A DNA stretch of 64,000 nt, taken from NCBI RefSeq assembly GCF_009914755.1, contig NC_060926.1, one strand, 5' to 3'. The DNA is from the human T2T-CHM13v2.0 reference genome, Homo sapiens. Each line of letters opens with the position of its first letter. Positions within the stretch are counted from its first letter, which is position 1. Made by a program: the position numbers and the translations under genes. The notes beneath the pieces were generated by a model. It was not told the origin of the DNA, ran no database searches, and saw only the letters and a list, made by a program, of their open reading frames with translations. Of this stretch, positions 26,437 through 39,874 are shown in pieces.

Positions 26437-28368
26437 GCACCTTTGTTCTTGATCCCCATCTCTTCCTGTCTTCCAGGAGTAGACCTTGTTCTGTTTGTTA
26501 GTCTGTCACTTATATGTGTTTTCCAAAGTGTCTCCTCTTTCCTGCCTCCTTCCTCAGAGTCATTTTCCTCACACGTCCGTTTCTGAGAAGCAACCTGCTA
26601 TGGTAGTTAGATACCTGAGCTCTGGAGTCACACAACTGGATTCAGAGCTGGCTTAGCCCGTCCTTACTGTGTGACTAGAGAAAATGATGTGGCATTCCCG
26701 TGCCTCAGTTTCTATGTAAAATAGAGTTTCAAAGTCATACTTGCTTTATAGGGTTGTTGTTAAGAATAAATGACAGTGTCAGAAAGAAGAGCCTTTGGCA
26801 CATGAGAATTAGGCAAATCAGAGTGTAAATAGGAATTCACCAGGTAGTCAAGGTGGGATGGGGCCAGGAGCCAAAAGAGGAGAAAACGCAAGCATCACAG
26901 CCAGAAGAAAAAAAAACAAAAACAAAAACAAACCTGCATGGCCAGAGGTCTGCATAGAGACAAGAAGCAGCTTCCAGGAAATACTGCAGCTAGAATTCTG
27001 TATGTTTGTGAGGGGTTGGGAGTAGGAAGCTCAGGCAGTTGAAGAAAGAGGAGTTAGAATGTGGAGGATAAGGCTGAGGATGATGACAAGAGTTCCCCAA
27101 ACCCCTCCTGACAATTTACATGCCATCCCAACCTGGTTGACCTGAAGAAGACTTTTTCCATCTTCTATCTAAAGCACAAAATTGAGTCCCTGGTTACCCA
27201 TTGTCAATTTAGGCCTCAAGACCTTTATAGTAAATGGATGATGGCTTTTGAGTCCTGGGATGTTTCTGATTTTAGTAGAACACAATCTGCCCCCTACTGA
27301 TCATTCTGGATGTTTTCAGCCCGAATGGGTTTATTTGATATCATAAAGGGTATTTATGTCTCTGTTCCAGGGGTTATTGCAACAACAAAAAAAAAATGGA
27401 GAGTTAATTCTGCTAACCCTTGCATCACTTAAGACTGTTAGGTTGAGTATGTTTTAAATGTCTCAGAAGTGACCTTTCCCCATTAAAAGCTGTGCAAACT
27501 AGTGTGATTGAGCCAAGGGTAATTTAAACAGAACCCAGAAGGTGTGTCTAAAGACTTTCATCTCCAGGCACTTGTGATTTAGCAAGGCTCGTAGTGATAG
27601 AGAGCTTCTGAGGATCTAAAGTTCAATGAATAGAAAGACATATGTACAATTAAGAAAACTATCTACATCATTTGAAAGCAGAGTGTATTTGGAGAGTGTG
27701 CTTTTGATGGGGAGAGGAAGGGAGGCATGAAGGAGGACTCCAGGGCATTGGAAATCAAGCTCCATGCTCTGGCCAGGCCCATCAGAAGCTAACCAACAGC
27801 ACTATCTTACTGTTTTCTATTGTGCAAATAAAATTTTATTGTGTCCTTTTCCATGGTGATAAAATAACTAAAGATTAAATATTAACTAAATAATTCACAG
27901 TAGACAAGATTATGAGTTCTTGATCTTGAAATGGGGCCATAAATGTTGCACAGGAGAAAGATTGGGTAAACTCTGCTTATACAATGGTTATTTCATTTCT
28001 ATATGTTTCTAGAAGCCATAAAGTAATGGCACATCTAGCAGTAGAGAAAATAATACTGAATCCGAAGAAGCATCTTACTTTTAAAAGCTTGTGAAGTCTC
28101 CTTGGTTTTCAAATTGTTTTAAAGCTGTGGTTATACTTGATCATGAGAATTTTGATGGTTCTCTTTCTTTATAGTTTATCTGAATTTTGAGAGTAATATT
28201 GAATGGATTACATCCGGACAGCTATGAAAATTAAATCTCTTGACACATTTTTTGGTCTGACCCAAATGTGTTGAAGTTAGCCACGAGCCTATGCCATTGC
28301 CACATCTTAGATAATATGACTTTTCCAATATGATGCTTTCCCATATGTCCTTTGATGTGACTCTAAGG

Positions 28369-28562
28369 CAGGGCATAAAGCTTTTCTGTAAAGGACCAGG
28401 TAATAAATATTTTAATTTTTGGGGACGTGTAATCTCTGTTGCAGCTTCTCAGCTCTGCCACTATAGCAAGAAAACTGCCATAGACAATAAGAAAACAAAT
28501 GGGCGTGGCTGTATTCCAATAAAACTTTATTTGCAAACCCAAATCTGGCCATCTGGCCCTTT
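28369..28562. mobile_element. MER58A-like hAT MITE
   Basis: ttttctgtaaaggaccaggtaataaatatttt...gggcgtggctgtattccaataaaactttattt. Confidence 0.85.
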
Positions 28563-31500
28563 GCCTATCTTTGCTGTAAAGTAGGATAGCCTGTTGTGCA
28601 TATTTGATGAACAGTGGGGATGTCAGATTTGAGAATGGCTAGTAGAGATAATTAAATCACATCAGTATACATTTTAAAAACATTTTGATAGTAACCACAG
28701 AAAATTCAACATCTTTAAACCAATTAATTTCATGGCACTTGGTGTTTTTAAAATGAAGTTTGTGTGTTACAGTTATCCCCCTCAAGGACCTAAATGTGTA
28801 TACATTTAGTCCAAAGGGAGAGAAATCTATAATCTATTGGGAAAAAAGTGTTGAAGTAGATTCAATTCTAGATCTAATGTGAATGAAGTTTTATTCACAG
28901 ACTGAATTTTGGAGAAGGGAATAATTGATTCCTTCCTGCCAGGACTCCTCCACCTTATAATGGAACAAACATTTCCCAAATAAGTCACAGTTCTTCATTC
29001 CTTTCCAGATTTTCCTGTAAATATTTATCTTAGGGTGCATAGGCTATACATAAGAAAAAAGTGAGTTCTAGTTAGAGTTTCGAAGAGCCTTATGTGAAAT
29101 ACCTTTCTTTAAATGGTCCGTTTAACCAGCTCTCTTATAGTGAGCCAAAATTCAAAGCCAGTTGAAATAGAAAAACCAAATAATTCGTGGGAGATTGTAC
29201 ATACATTATGTGAACTCTTCACATCATAAGTTGGTAAGAGATGGTTATGATTCTCCTCAAATTGCCTACTGGGGAGAGACCCAGAATCAACTGATTTCTG
29301 TAAATCACCCCAAATATACTTTTATTATTTAGCCATTGTCTTAAGACCCTACACAATTTTTTAGTCCTTTATTTCTTTGTTTTGTTTTTTAACCAAATTA
29401 TTAAAGCTTTAGAAGTTGTACTGCTATTTATTCTAGAAACCACCATAAGACAGGACAAAGCAGCAAATTATTCTGATGTGAATTTCTGGTACTACATTTC
29501 ATTTTTGCCTTAAGGACGTATTTTGTGATTTATTTGCACACATTAGTTTTAATATTAAGATTGTTAGTATACCATTTGGGGGTTTTGGTTTTCTTTGTTT
29601 AAGAGGTTTTATATATATTCATCCTGATCATCAGGACTTTACCCATCTCCAAAGGCTGAGAAGCTATTATATTTTTATATTCCCTTAATGGAAAAGCTGC
29701 TTATGATTATTCTTGGTGTATGTAAATTTTGTCTGAAATCCTCACCATCTCCATCTGTTTATTCATTCTAAAATGGAGATGGAGACTGAGTAGCTACTCT
29801 CTTTTGCATGTTGCCAAGTTACATGCTTAAAGTCCACTTCTACCGCCAGCATTCTGAGTTTTATGCCAAGGCAGAAAAATCACAAGAGAGAAAGGAAAAC
29901 TGTTTGTTATTGATCCCTAAAAAGAAAAGCATGTTACTCTGTAAGAAGTCATATACATTTGTATGTGCCTTGAAATTTCAAATAAGAGTACTGTTTTTTG
30001 TTTGTTTGTTTTTTAATGAGGGGTTTCTATTATTACTGCAGTTGCCATAAAATGAAATCAGCTTTAAGCTATGCTGCTCTTCTTCTGTTTCCTAGACAGT
30101 CTGAAAATCAGTTCATTGAATAAACCTGGTGCTATTACCTGACTTCTATTCATATTAGTTAGATTACAGACTTATTAATTTTATTAAATTCAGGAAAGCT
30201 AATATGCGTCATTTGCATCGAAGGGAGAAGAGCCTTTTTTCTTGCACTTCAGAAGTATTTCATATTCCTCATGTCTGTGCACATCTAAATCAGGCTTTAA
30301 TTAAAATCTTGCTCTTCTAAATTCCCTTTATAAAGAGGTTCACTAATGTTTTTCTTAATCAGTTGCAAAAATTATTCCCAGAAGACACTGCATAAAATTA
30401 ATGTATTATCCAGCCAATGAGAATTTGGGGAACAGTTCCTGTTTATGTATGTGTATGTATTATTTTTAATGAAAAATGGGTGAATTTTGTTTTTGTAAAG
30501 GCATGTACATCAAGATGAATTTGTAGTGCCTCCTGAAAACAATATTATTTCAGAGATTCTCTACAGCTTGATCATTGTGAAGGGAGTTCCATTATATAGA
30601 CGTTCAGATCTGTGTCTCAATGAGAGGTAGATCCCTCTGGATGTTTGGTGCTAATATTTTATTGTACATAAAATTCCCCTAGAGAACCGAATTAACGATG
30701 CTGATTTTCATTCTAACAGTTGGGGATGGAGCCCAGGTAGCTGGAATTTTACCTGTACCCAGGAATTTCTGATGTGAAAGCTACACAGAACAGACTAAGA
30801 AACTTTTCTAGGTTCCCTAAATGCTATTTGAAAATGTAATAAGGAAAAAACAGCGTTAACTTACCAGCTTTTAATACTAAAATAGATGGCTCTTCCTTGA
30901 ATTCTTTTATTTGAGACTTCTAATGAAGTTTGAGTGAAGACCATGTTTGATTTTTCCCCCTTGTCTCTGATAATTAACATAGGCAAAGCTACTGAAATAA
31001 AGGTCAACATTAGGGTAAATATCAAGCAGGGAACATAGAAGGAGCCCTTGATAATGGCTGTGAGTATGTCCAGAAACAATATGGTAGAATAGCAGGAGGT
31101 TGAGGACACAAGTAAAGCACGTGTCCACGCCAGTCTGTTATGAATAAAGGCTTTGGCATCAGTCTTCAGTCTGAAGACCAATAAGAAATCACAGTCTCTC
31201 TCTTTAATTGCAGTTATAGAAAATGCAGGAAAACATTTCAACCTAAAATGCTAATGTTCTTTCAGCCATGACTGTGTCTATGTGTGCACTAATCACTTTC
31301 AGCAGTTGCAAATATAAGGATGGAAGTTTTCCACCCTGCATTGATAAAATCCAAATTGGCAATTTGTTTAAAAATGGTTATTTGGACCAGATTCAGTGCC
31401 TACTCAAAGAAATGTGTTGGGTAAGGAGGATGTTAGTAACACATAAAATAATTATTACATGGCCTTTATTAAAGGTATTTTATTATGTATAATGCGTTCT

Positions 31501-32991
31501 GAAGCAGAAATGTAAAAGGTGACATCCATTATTCATTCTTTTTTCATATTCATACAGATAGGACTATAATGAAAATTGGTCTTCTGCCACGGGCATAACT
31601 GTGAGTCCTTCAGTAATAAAACAAATGTTTTGTAGGACCAGGTGATTTATATGCAAAAAACATCTTTACAAAGCAAATTTTGTCTAAAAAACAAGGCTCT
31701 TGTTTTTAAAGGAGCCGTGCTGTATTGGCAAGGCCATTGGGTTGTTTACTGATGTTATATCAGATACATCTCAGGAAACTTAATTATAAAATGGTACTAA
31801 TCCTCCATAAGTGTTTTAATCAATTTATATTTATTCATTTTAAAATTAAATAGAGAAAAACCCTTGTTCTCTTTCAGTGAGCCAAGAGCAATCATTCAGA
31901 GCTGAACAATAGAAAATGTGGAAAATATTGTTCTTTTTAGGTATTCAGCTGGTTAAACTTTGAAATCTGTGTATTAAGCATAGCAAATATAAACTCAGTG
32001 AATTTCTGAATTAAGCAGTGTGTGTTTTCATTTGATTATGGTTAGGAAACAGTTTAAAATATTAGTTGAAAGGTAAGCTCTACGTTAATGGATCCATTGT
32101 TTTGAAGTAGTTATTATCTGGTAGAACACTATACTCCACATGATGGAATCTAATAACAGCTTGGAGAGAACAGATTTTATCTTTCAGTGGAAAATGTTAT
32201 CAGTGCAATTTTTATTGTATGTCTAAGGCATTTTGGTATTGTCTAACTTTAATGACTTAAGAAAACCTTAGGTACTAACTGCAAAGACATCAGAATTTCA
32301 GAAGTAGGTAAAACTGGTAAGTTGCACCTGTACATAATCACTTATTAAACTCAGAGTATGGTCATCATTTCTCTTCTGCCAGTGAGCTGAGAACTAGATG
32401 TAAATGTGAGTCTAGAGGAAGGAATATAGTGGTAGGTTCTTAGGCCACTGCATTCTCAATGCTCAGTTCTGCCATGGGCAGTTAGAATTAACTGTTGGAA
32501 GACGCATGTTTCCCCTGACAGTGGAATCTACCATCAATGTGTCATGCTGTTTGGAGACTAGGTTAATTGAAAATAAGAGAAATCGTTGCACTTCATTTCT
32601 TAAATTACCTGACCTCATTTAGGAAACTAATATACTGTTTATCCTAGCAGTAAATCAATATGTATGGTTGTCCATAAATGTTAGGCACTTTCCAGGGTAG
32701 AAAATAACCTCTGGACATGTTCACTAAGCTGTAGACAGAATCACTTAAGCAATTAAAGTTGTTGAAGTTGACTTTTGAAACCCCAACCTGTAGTGACATC
32801 ACCAGCTACTCAGCTGCTAAATAAAGAGGGTGCATGTGTGGGCTCTCCCACACTCGCTCCCCGCCACATATACACAAATATGAAATTAGTAAAGACTTAA
32901 AGTATTACTTAATCACTGTGGCTATGAAGCCTAGAATTATAGAACTGACAGGATAAAAATAACCTGATCCAGTCTCTTAATTGTATAGATA

Positions 32992-33302
<311 letters not shown>

Positions 33303-33559
33303 TTACCCCTACCAAAAATGACAAAATTAATAAGAGTTGGATTACAAATTGGCTGTTATGAAATAGATGTTCCATAATTGTTCAAGACACCTATATTTTT
33401 CAGTAGTCTGGTCCTGTCGATAAGACCCTGGTTTTAACATTCTTGCACTTATGTTTAAAATAGAAATTGCCTTAACCACAGACAAACCAAACAAAAAAAT
33501 AATAACTGAATTGGAGAATAGAAATTAGAGACAGAGGCCTCTCTGAGTTGTGGAAAGGT

Positions 33560-33601
33560 GGATAGGTAAGTGAGGGTCCAGGATAGGTAAGTGGGGGTCC
33601 A
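33560..33601. repeat. 2 x 21-bp tandem repeat ggataggtaagtg(a/g)gggtcca
   Basis: Units 33560-33580 and 33581-33601, one mismatch. Confidence 0.95.
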
Positions 33602-34224
33602 GAAGAAAGTGGCTGTCACCCAGTGAATCAGGAACCAGGGCAGGAGCCATGAGAGCTAAAGGGTTACAGAGGAAAAGTACAAGGCAGTTCAGAAAAAGAG
33701 ACACCACTAGGGGCCTCCTCCTTCCCCTTGGGTAGAAGATTAAGTCGAATTCACAAGGAACTGAGAAGTCTACCTAATCTGGTTTCTGTTGCCTTTGTAA
33801 ACCAGATGTTCAGCTTGGCTGAACATCCACCAACCTTAGCACTGTCACCCACACTGATTCTCAGAACAAACAGGAATAGTCCCAAGGGAATGTTGTAGGA
33901 TGGAGTTTATGAAGACATCTGTAAGAATAAAAACCTAGCCCTGTTTCATTTTCATGACTACAAGTAGTATTAGAGAGTACTTATAAGTGCTTTGTACCTT
34001 TTCCAATATGATAGATAAAATTAAGTCCTTACAACCCCAGAAATAATTTTATTCTTGACCCTTAACCTCCCAATTTATATCTGAATACAAATGCTACGTA
34101 GAACAGTTACATATCAGGGATTAAATAGTAGCGTGATTACTTTTTATTCAACAAAGTTAAAATATCTTTTTAAATAGTGGTAATAGATAAGAAGAAGCTA
34201 CTAATTTTTACAATCTGTAATGTT

Positions 34225-34710
34225 GCTGCTCTGGCTTCTACACGTCTCTGCTTCTTACTTGACTCCAGCCACACTCACCTCCTCACTATTCCTTGAACAC
34301 ATCAGGATAGAAAGAGTGTGACGGGTAATGCCTTTGCCTTGGTTGTTTTCTCTGGCTTGAATATTTTCTCCCCATCTCTCTGTAAGACTAGCTTCCTCAT
34401 CATCTTTAAGTCACCTTCTTAGAGAAGCCTGCCCTGGTCTAGCCCCTCTGTGTACTATTATAGTCTATCTCCCCCAGCAACCAGGACTCCTCACCCTTCT
34501 CATGATTGCTTCTTTTTCCCCCATAGCACATTTTTACCTTCTACTATAAGAGATCATTTACTTATATTTTTTGTCTGTTCTCCCCTACTAGATTATACAG
34601 GTTCCACAAGGGCAAAAGTAGTTGTCTAGTTTGCTTACTTATTCATCCTCAAAGCCTAGAACTGTCTAGAGCATAGTAAATGCTCAATCACTATTTTTAA
34701 TGAATAAATG
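34225..34710 (+). mobile_element. L2 3' region
   Basis: ctccagccacactcacctcctcactattccttgaacac...gcatagtaaatgctcaatcactatttttaatgaataaatg. Confidence 0.75.
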
Positions 34711-35242
34711 ACCATATGAATATTGACTTTTCAAGATAAAAATTTAGGTTTACTCCCCTAGATTTAACCTACATGTTGTGCTTTTTCATAATCACGATGT
34801 GCTCATACGTCAGTTTTCGGATATGCTTTTCATTTTCTTGCTGTCTCCCCTAGAGAGAGAGAGATTCAAATAAATCTACCCTAGATGAAGAGTCTATGGG
34901 GAATAGACCTCTTCCTCCAGAGGCTTCAAATAGAGCAACATTAGGGTCAGTCTTGGCATTTAAGTGTCAAAGAAATTCAGACTTACTCTGAGAGAGATAT
35001 ATAGATTAGATAAAAGTATGAGTAAAAGAGACACTATATTTCTAAGCAACAGAAATTCCATATCACAACAAACCATGTCCAGATGGTCAGGAGATAATAT
35101 CAGAAAAAAACAATCTTCACTGAGGCCAAGATGAGGTTCCCTTGAAGCCGACCAAAATAAGGATGGTCAATTTACTGTTATTTCTGCAAAATATATTTTT
35201 TTCTAATGTCTATGGACAGATAATGATTAAAATTCAGGGCTT

Positions 35243-35322
35243 CAATCCCCACCAGTATGCAGTATACCTAAGTAACAAGCATGCATATGTACCCCCCTGA
35301 ATCTAACATAAAACAATTTTTA
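35243..35322 (+). mobile_element. Ultra-short 5'-truncated L1 3' tip with TSD
   Basis: tatacctaagtaacaagcatgcatatgtacccccctgaatctaacataaaa; flanks aaaattcagggctt / aaaattcagagctt. Confidence 0.8.
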
Positions 35323-35474
35323 AAAATTCAGAGCTTGTTTGTGTAGGTCCTATCAGAAGAGCCAACATGGTAGGATTCTTATTTGAGTATCCCAACAGGC
35401 GTATTCTGGGAGAAGGATGCTAACACCGAGATGCACATTCCAAGAAATCTGAGATAACAGAAAACAATCACCCC

Positions 35475-35837
35475 CGTCTTAATCCATTTGGGCTGCTGTG
35501 GCAAAATACTGTAGATTTGGAGTCCTGTAAACAACAGAATTTGATTTCTTATAGTTCCAGAGGCTGGGAAGTCCAAGATCAAGGCTCTGGCAGATTTGGT
35601 ATCTGATGAGGGCCCATTTCCTGATTCATAGATGGTGCTTCTAGCTGTGTCTTCGTATGGTGGAAGGGGCAAAGCAGTTCTCTGGGGTCCCTTTTACAAG
35701 GGCACTAACCCTATTCATGAGGGTTCTGGCCTCATGCCCTAATTACCTCCCAAATACCCCACCTCCTAATATTATCGCCTTGAGCATTAAGATTTTAACA
35801 TGAATTTGGTGGGCACACAAATATTTAGACCATAGCA
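35475..35837 (-). mobile_element. MaLR solo LTR (MLT1A/MST-type)
   Basis: gtcttaatccatttgggctgctg...gaggctgggaagtccaagatcaagg...gcacacaaatatttagaccatagca. Confidence 0.88.
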
Positions 35838-36222
35838 CCACCTTAAACCTTGCTATGTGGCTTATCAACCCTTCTGTAGGCAGTGGACTGCCCAGGCTGG
35901 GAGCCATACGATGCCCTTTTCCTCTGACCTTAACCTACTGTCCCTTCATAGATGCCACACTCTGGTCAAAGACACAGCCAATACCTGCCGAAGCCCCAAT
36001 CATTAGTAGTCAGAGAAGTGGTCCAGTTAAACCTGTACAGTTGCCCCAAAGATCTTCCTAAAGTTCAAATGCAAGTAGTGCCCTTCTTTTCTTGAAATTA
36101 TGTAGTGATTTCTCCCTTAGCTTCAAATTATTTGGCTTGGTACAAAGCACTCTTTGTGATATGGTCTTTGTCCTGGCATTGATCGCATTCTTGGTAGTCA
36201 CTGATGTCCTCCTATCTCCTGT

Positions 36223-36346
36223 GACCCTAAAGAAGTGCTTTGCCCTTTTTGCCATATGATGACACAGCTAGAAGTCACCATCTATGAACAAGGAAGTGGG
36301 CCCTCTCCAGATACCAAATCTGCCAGAGCCTTGATCTTGGGCTTCC
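36223..36346 (+). repeat. Inverted ~124-bp copy of 35567-35689 (MaLR LTR fragment)
   Basis: Manual alignment with the reverse complement gives ~16 differences in 124 nt, including a 33-nt perfect run. Confidence 0.9.
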
Positions 36347-36354
36347 ACTGATCT

Positions 36355-36490
36355 CCTATGTGTCTCTCCCAACACGTGATGGACTCCTGGAGGATAAGAA
36401 TTATACGTTATTCATACCTTATTCATCCTCAGTGCTAGGTTTGTGGAGGTTCTCAGTAAATACTGGTTCAGTGGCTGAATGGCTAAATGG
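36355..36490 (+). mobile_element. L2 3' end immediately upstream of the catalytic exon's acceptor
   Basis: tgtctctcccaac...gactcctggaggataag...ttctcagtaaatactggttcagtggctgaatg. Confidence 0.55.
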
Positions 36491-36539
36491 AAATGTGATG
36501 TTGCTAAACTCTAATATGGATGTTTCTTCTTTCCTCAAG

Positions 36540-36668
36540 GACTTTGGCATTATGTTCCTGCACCACCTTGTATCTATTTTCTTGATTACCTTTTCATATG
36601 TCAACAATATGGCCCGAGTAGGAACGCTGGTCCTTTGTCTTCATGATTCAGCTGATGCTCTTCTGGAG
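36540..36668 (+). CDS. CERS6: CERS6 coding exon (129 nt, phase 0-0; probably exon 7), [43 protein letters not shown], Lag1p motif with catalytic HH
   Basis: Acceptor tttcttctttcctcaag (AG 36538-36539), donor GAG|gtaaaa at 36669; conserved HH and HDxxD motifs of ceramide synthases. Confidence 0.97.
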
Positions 36669-39410
36669 GTAAAAGTTTTCTTTCATCTTTAAGAATACAA
36701 AATCCAAAATTTAGGAAGTCCCCAATCTCATTAGCTCTTCAGTGTTATGCTAGATGGTGCTTGGGTACAATAGTAAATAACTACATTGAAACTGCAGAGT
36801 GTTTCTTTGTAGGTTAAGCTGGTGAAAATGAGATTCTAAATTAGTATGTAAACTTTTATACAAAAAAAAAGTTGTTAATAAAATGCTGAAAACCTTTACT
36901 GTTCTATACTTAAGAAATGAATGATTTTACAAAGGAAAATCATTATTTGATTAGGTTTTGTTTTGTGTGTTGTAACTTTTACCCTGATTTATTGGGAAAT
37001 TTTGTAAAACGCAGTTTAGTTACTAATGGAAACTATACATCCCAGTAAAATTAAGTAGGGGTCATTGTTTTTATTGCCAATACACATTTACCTAAGGTTT
37101 TTACAGTGGAAAGGGCATATGAATTGCAAATTTTATGTAGAAACTATGTTTTCTATATATGTAAGTATAAGGAATATCTGTGGAAATATTGGTTACATAT
37201 GAATTGGTTACTATTATTTAGAATTCTTAAAGTGGTAAAATAAATAAATATGTTCTAGCATATTTCAAAAGGTAAAATCCCAAGGAAAACTGTGATGTGA
37301 TATTTACTTTTAACTGTGGCTCCTGTGAAGAGTCATACTCAATAATGTTCATAATTAAAGTCTTTGCATTTTATATTAAGAAATTAATATAACTGGTCAG
37401 AATTACCTTATAAGAGTACAAAGCCTATGTAGAAATGGTTCTTACAATCTGATCTGAATTCTGATTTTTTTTTCCTTTAGGCCCACCGTTTTGCTTTAAG
37501 TGCTTTGTTTTGCCACCTTTGAAGCATTTACTATACTGTGAATGTAGACTAGACATGCCCTCAAATAATGACCTGTTATTGCAATATAAGCAGAATTCTA
37601 TGCTATAAAATTTGAATCTACCATAAAGGCAATTAAGGTTTGAGGTATATACAGCACTTTGTTAAAAACTCTGGTCCTTTAGTGTTATGAAACAGAAAAA
37701 TAGTCCTAATGGGCTAGGTAAGTCCAACGATAATTTGTTGCTATGATTTTTAAGTGATTCAAGCTAACCTCTATTCAGCATATTTTTTAGTAGGATAAAT
37801 ATAATTAGTATAAGGGCAATCCCCTGGAAATGAGTTACCATTTGGTTAAATCTTAAGTTTGCTTGAATGTAGAAATTTATGCTGCAACCTAAGGCTGTAC
37901 AATCAATCCTATACAATTAGCCAACTTCATTGCCTGTGGAGATGGCTGGCATGATGTTTGGTAGTGCCATGATTCAAAAAATTTCTAATCAAGTTCCACT
38001 TGTATCCAGAAAAAAAAATTCAGAAATCTCAGTCATGTGGCTTAAAAACAAATGTTCTTCATCACCTAGATTCTCTTAAACATTATAAAGTAAATAACAC
38101 GTAGAGTATTCAATTAATGAGATAGGTCACCTGTCAGCTCCTCAACATGTTATCTTATGGCCTAGACGTTTCTGAAAAGTTTGTGTTTAAAGCTTATTTA
38201 CTGAATACTGGTGAAAAAATATAAAAGAAAAATTTCATGATTTACCTAGCCAGGAGAAGGTAGAAGGTACCTTTTAACATAATTTATGGTGTTACACCTG
38301 AAGTGTTCATGAAATTAAAAGCTTATAATCCTAACTTCCACCCAGTTAATAGATATTTCCCCTTAGGAATACATTCCTCTCATAGCTTTGTGCTTTATTT
38401 AAAGCTTTTAAATTATAGCCTCTGTGGATAATGTCAACAATCTTTTCAAATCTGACTCAGTTAATTTAAGTTTCCAAGAAGTAGAAAATAATGTTATAAA
38501 TTCAGAAGGCATCATGAATTTATAACCCTGTGTGTAGGTGCTGTGAATTCTATGCAAAAATGTAAAAAGAGATGATTAAGCAAAATTGTTTTCAGTCTCA
38601 CCTGTTTTTAGAATCATCTGTAAAAAAAGTAGATGGTAGAGAAAGGGATGTGATTTCTTCCCTAGACTAATTTATAATATAAAAAGTCTTCACTTAAATC
38701 ACTGTCATAAATTATGAGAGTACTTTTCACAGACCCTTGAACATTAGTGGCTTTCATCTAAAAATGACCCATTCATGTAGTTTTGAAAATTCTACCTAAA
38801 TGGATTAGTTGAAATGACATCATCTTGACACTTTCTTCATTTCTAAGTTCATGAGAGTAAGCCAGAAGAGCATCTCCCCAGAGTACTCCTTGTGCCTGTT
38901 TAAAGAAAACCTACAATTTTAAGGAGAAAGGAAGAAAAACGCAGAAAAGCTCCATATATTCTATATAAAGTTTGTGGCCCCGGTATTTGAGATTCATAAA
39001 AAGGTTTAAAGGATTGTCCAGCACTTCTGTTTGAACTGTTAGGCCAGATTTCTGTTTTGGTGTCTCTGGCTTGCTAGTATCATCTATGATGCAAGAATCT
39101 CTTATTTTTCTCTCTGTTTTTCTGAAATCAACCATACAAATGAATTTCTCAGGTTGCTGAATATTTTATTAAATCTGTAACAGTCAGGAATTCTACTTAT
39201 GGCTAATGCTGCCTTTCACTCAACTTACGGGTAATTTATAAATACTGGTGCATGATGTATGACATTTCAATCGCAGGCTGAAATGCATAAAAATGCAGGC
39301 AATTTTATGCATCTGGTAAGGTATATCTTATAGGAGATTCATGCATATTGAAAGAAACTTTTTATTATCAGTTTAACTACATTAATATATCACATTCCTT
39401 TCTTTCATAG

Positions 39411-39517
39411 GCTGCCAAAATGGCAAATTATGCCAAGTTTCAGAAAATGTGTGATCTCCTGTTTGTTATGTTTGCCGTGGTTTTTATCACCACACGACTG
39501 GGTATATTTCCTCTCTG
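39411..39517 (+). CDS. CERS6: CERS6 coding exon (107 nt, phase 0-2; probably exon 8), [35 protein letters not shown](W)
   Basis: Acceptor ttcctttctttcatag, donor CTG|gtgagt at 39518; continues the frame (LLE-AAKMANY) typical of CerS5/6. Confidence 0.97.
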
Positions 39518-39874
39518 GTGAGTATGCCAGTCTCCTTCCTGATAGAGCCACCCTTTCCAAATAAGCTTTCTGAACCATTTTCCTTTTGAATTTTACTGTA
39601 AGTATTTACAGGTTTAAATATATTGGGGGGGAGGGGAAATACCTCAAGAAGCTGCTTGATTTCTTCTTCCAGAAGAGGGTTGCACTCTTTACTAATGATT
39701 TCCACAGGATAGTTGGAAAAGGATGTGGCTTGCATGGCTTCTGAAGCCACAGAAAGCCATCTGTCATAGAAGGCACTAGTCTAGAATATGACTCAAGAAC
39801 CTCAGCTGTGAAGGTTGGAATTAAGAAAGAAACCGTGGTGTTGCAAACAAGTATATGACAGGAATCTCCTGTAC

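Noticed and set aside
36360-36692. 110-aa ORF extending the catalytic exon upstream
   Set aside because: Non-ATG start; the N-terminal part is intronic, L2-like read-through; only 36540-36668 matches ceramide synthase
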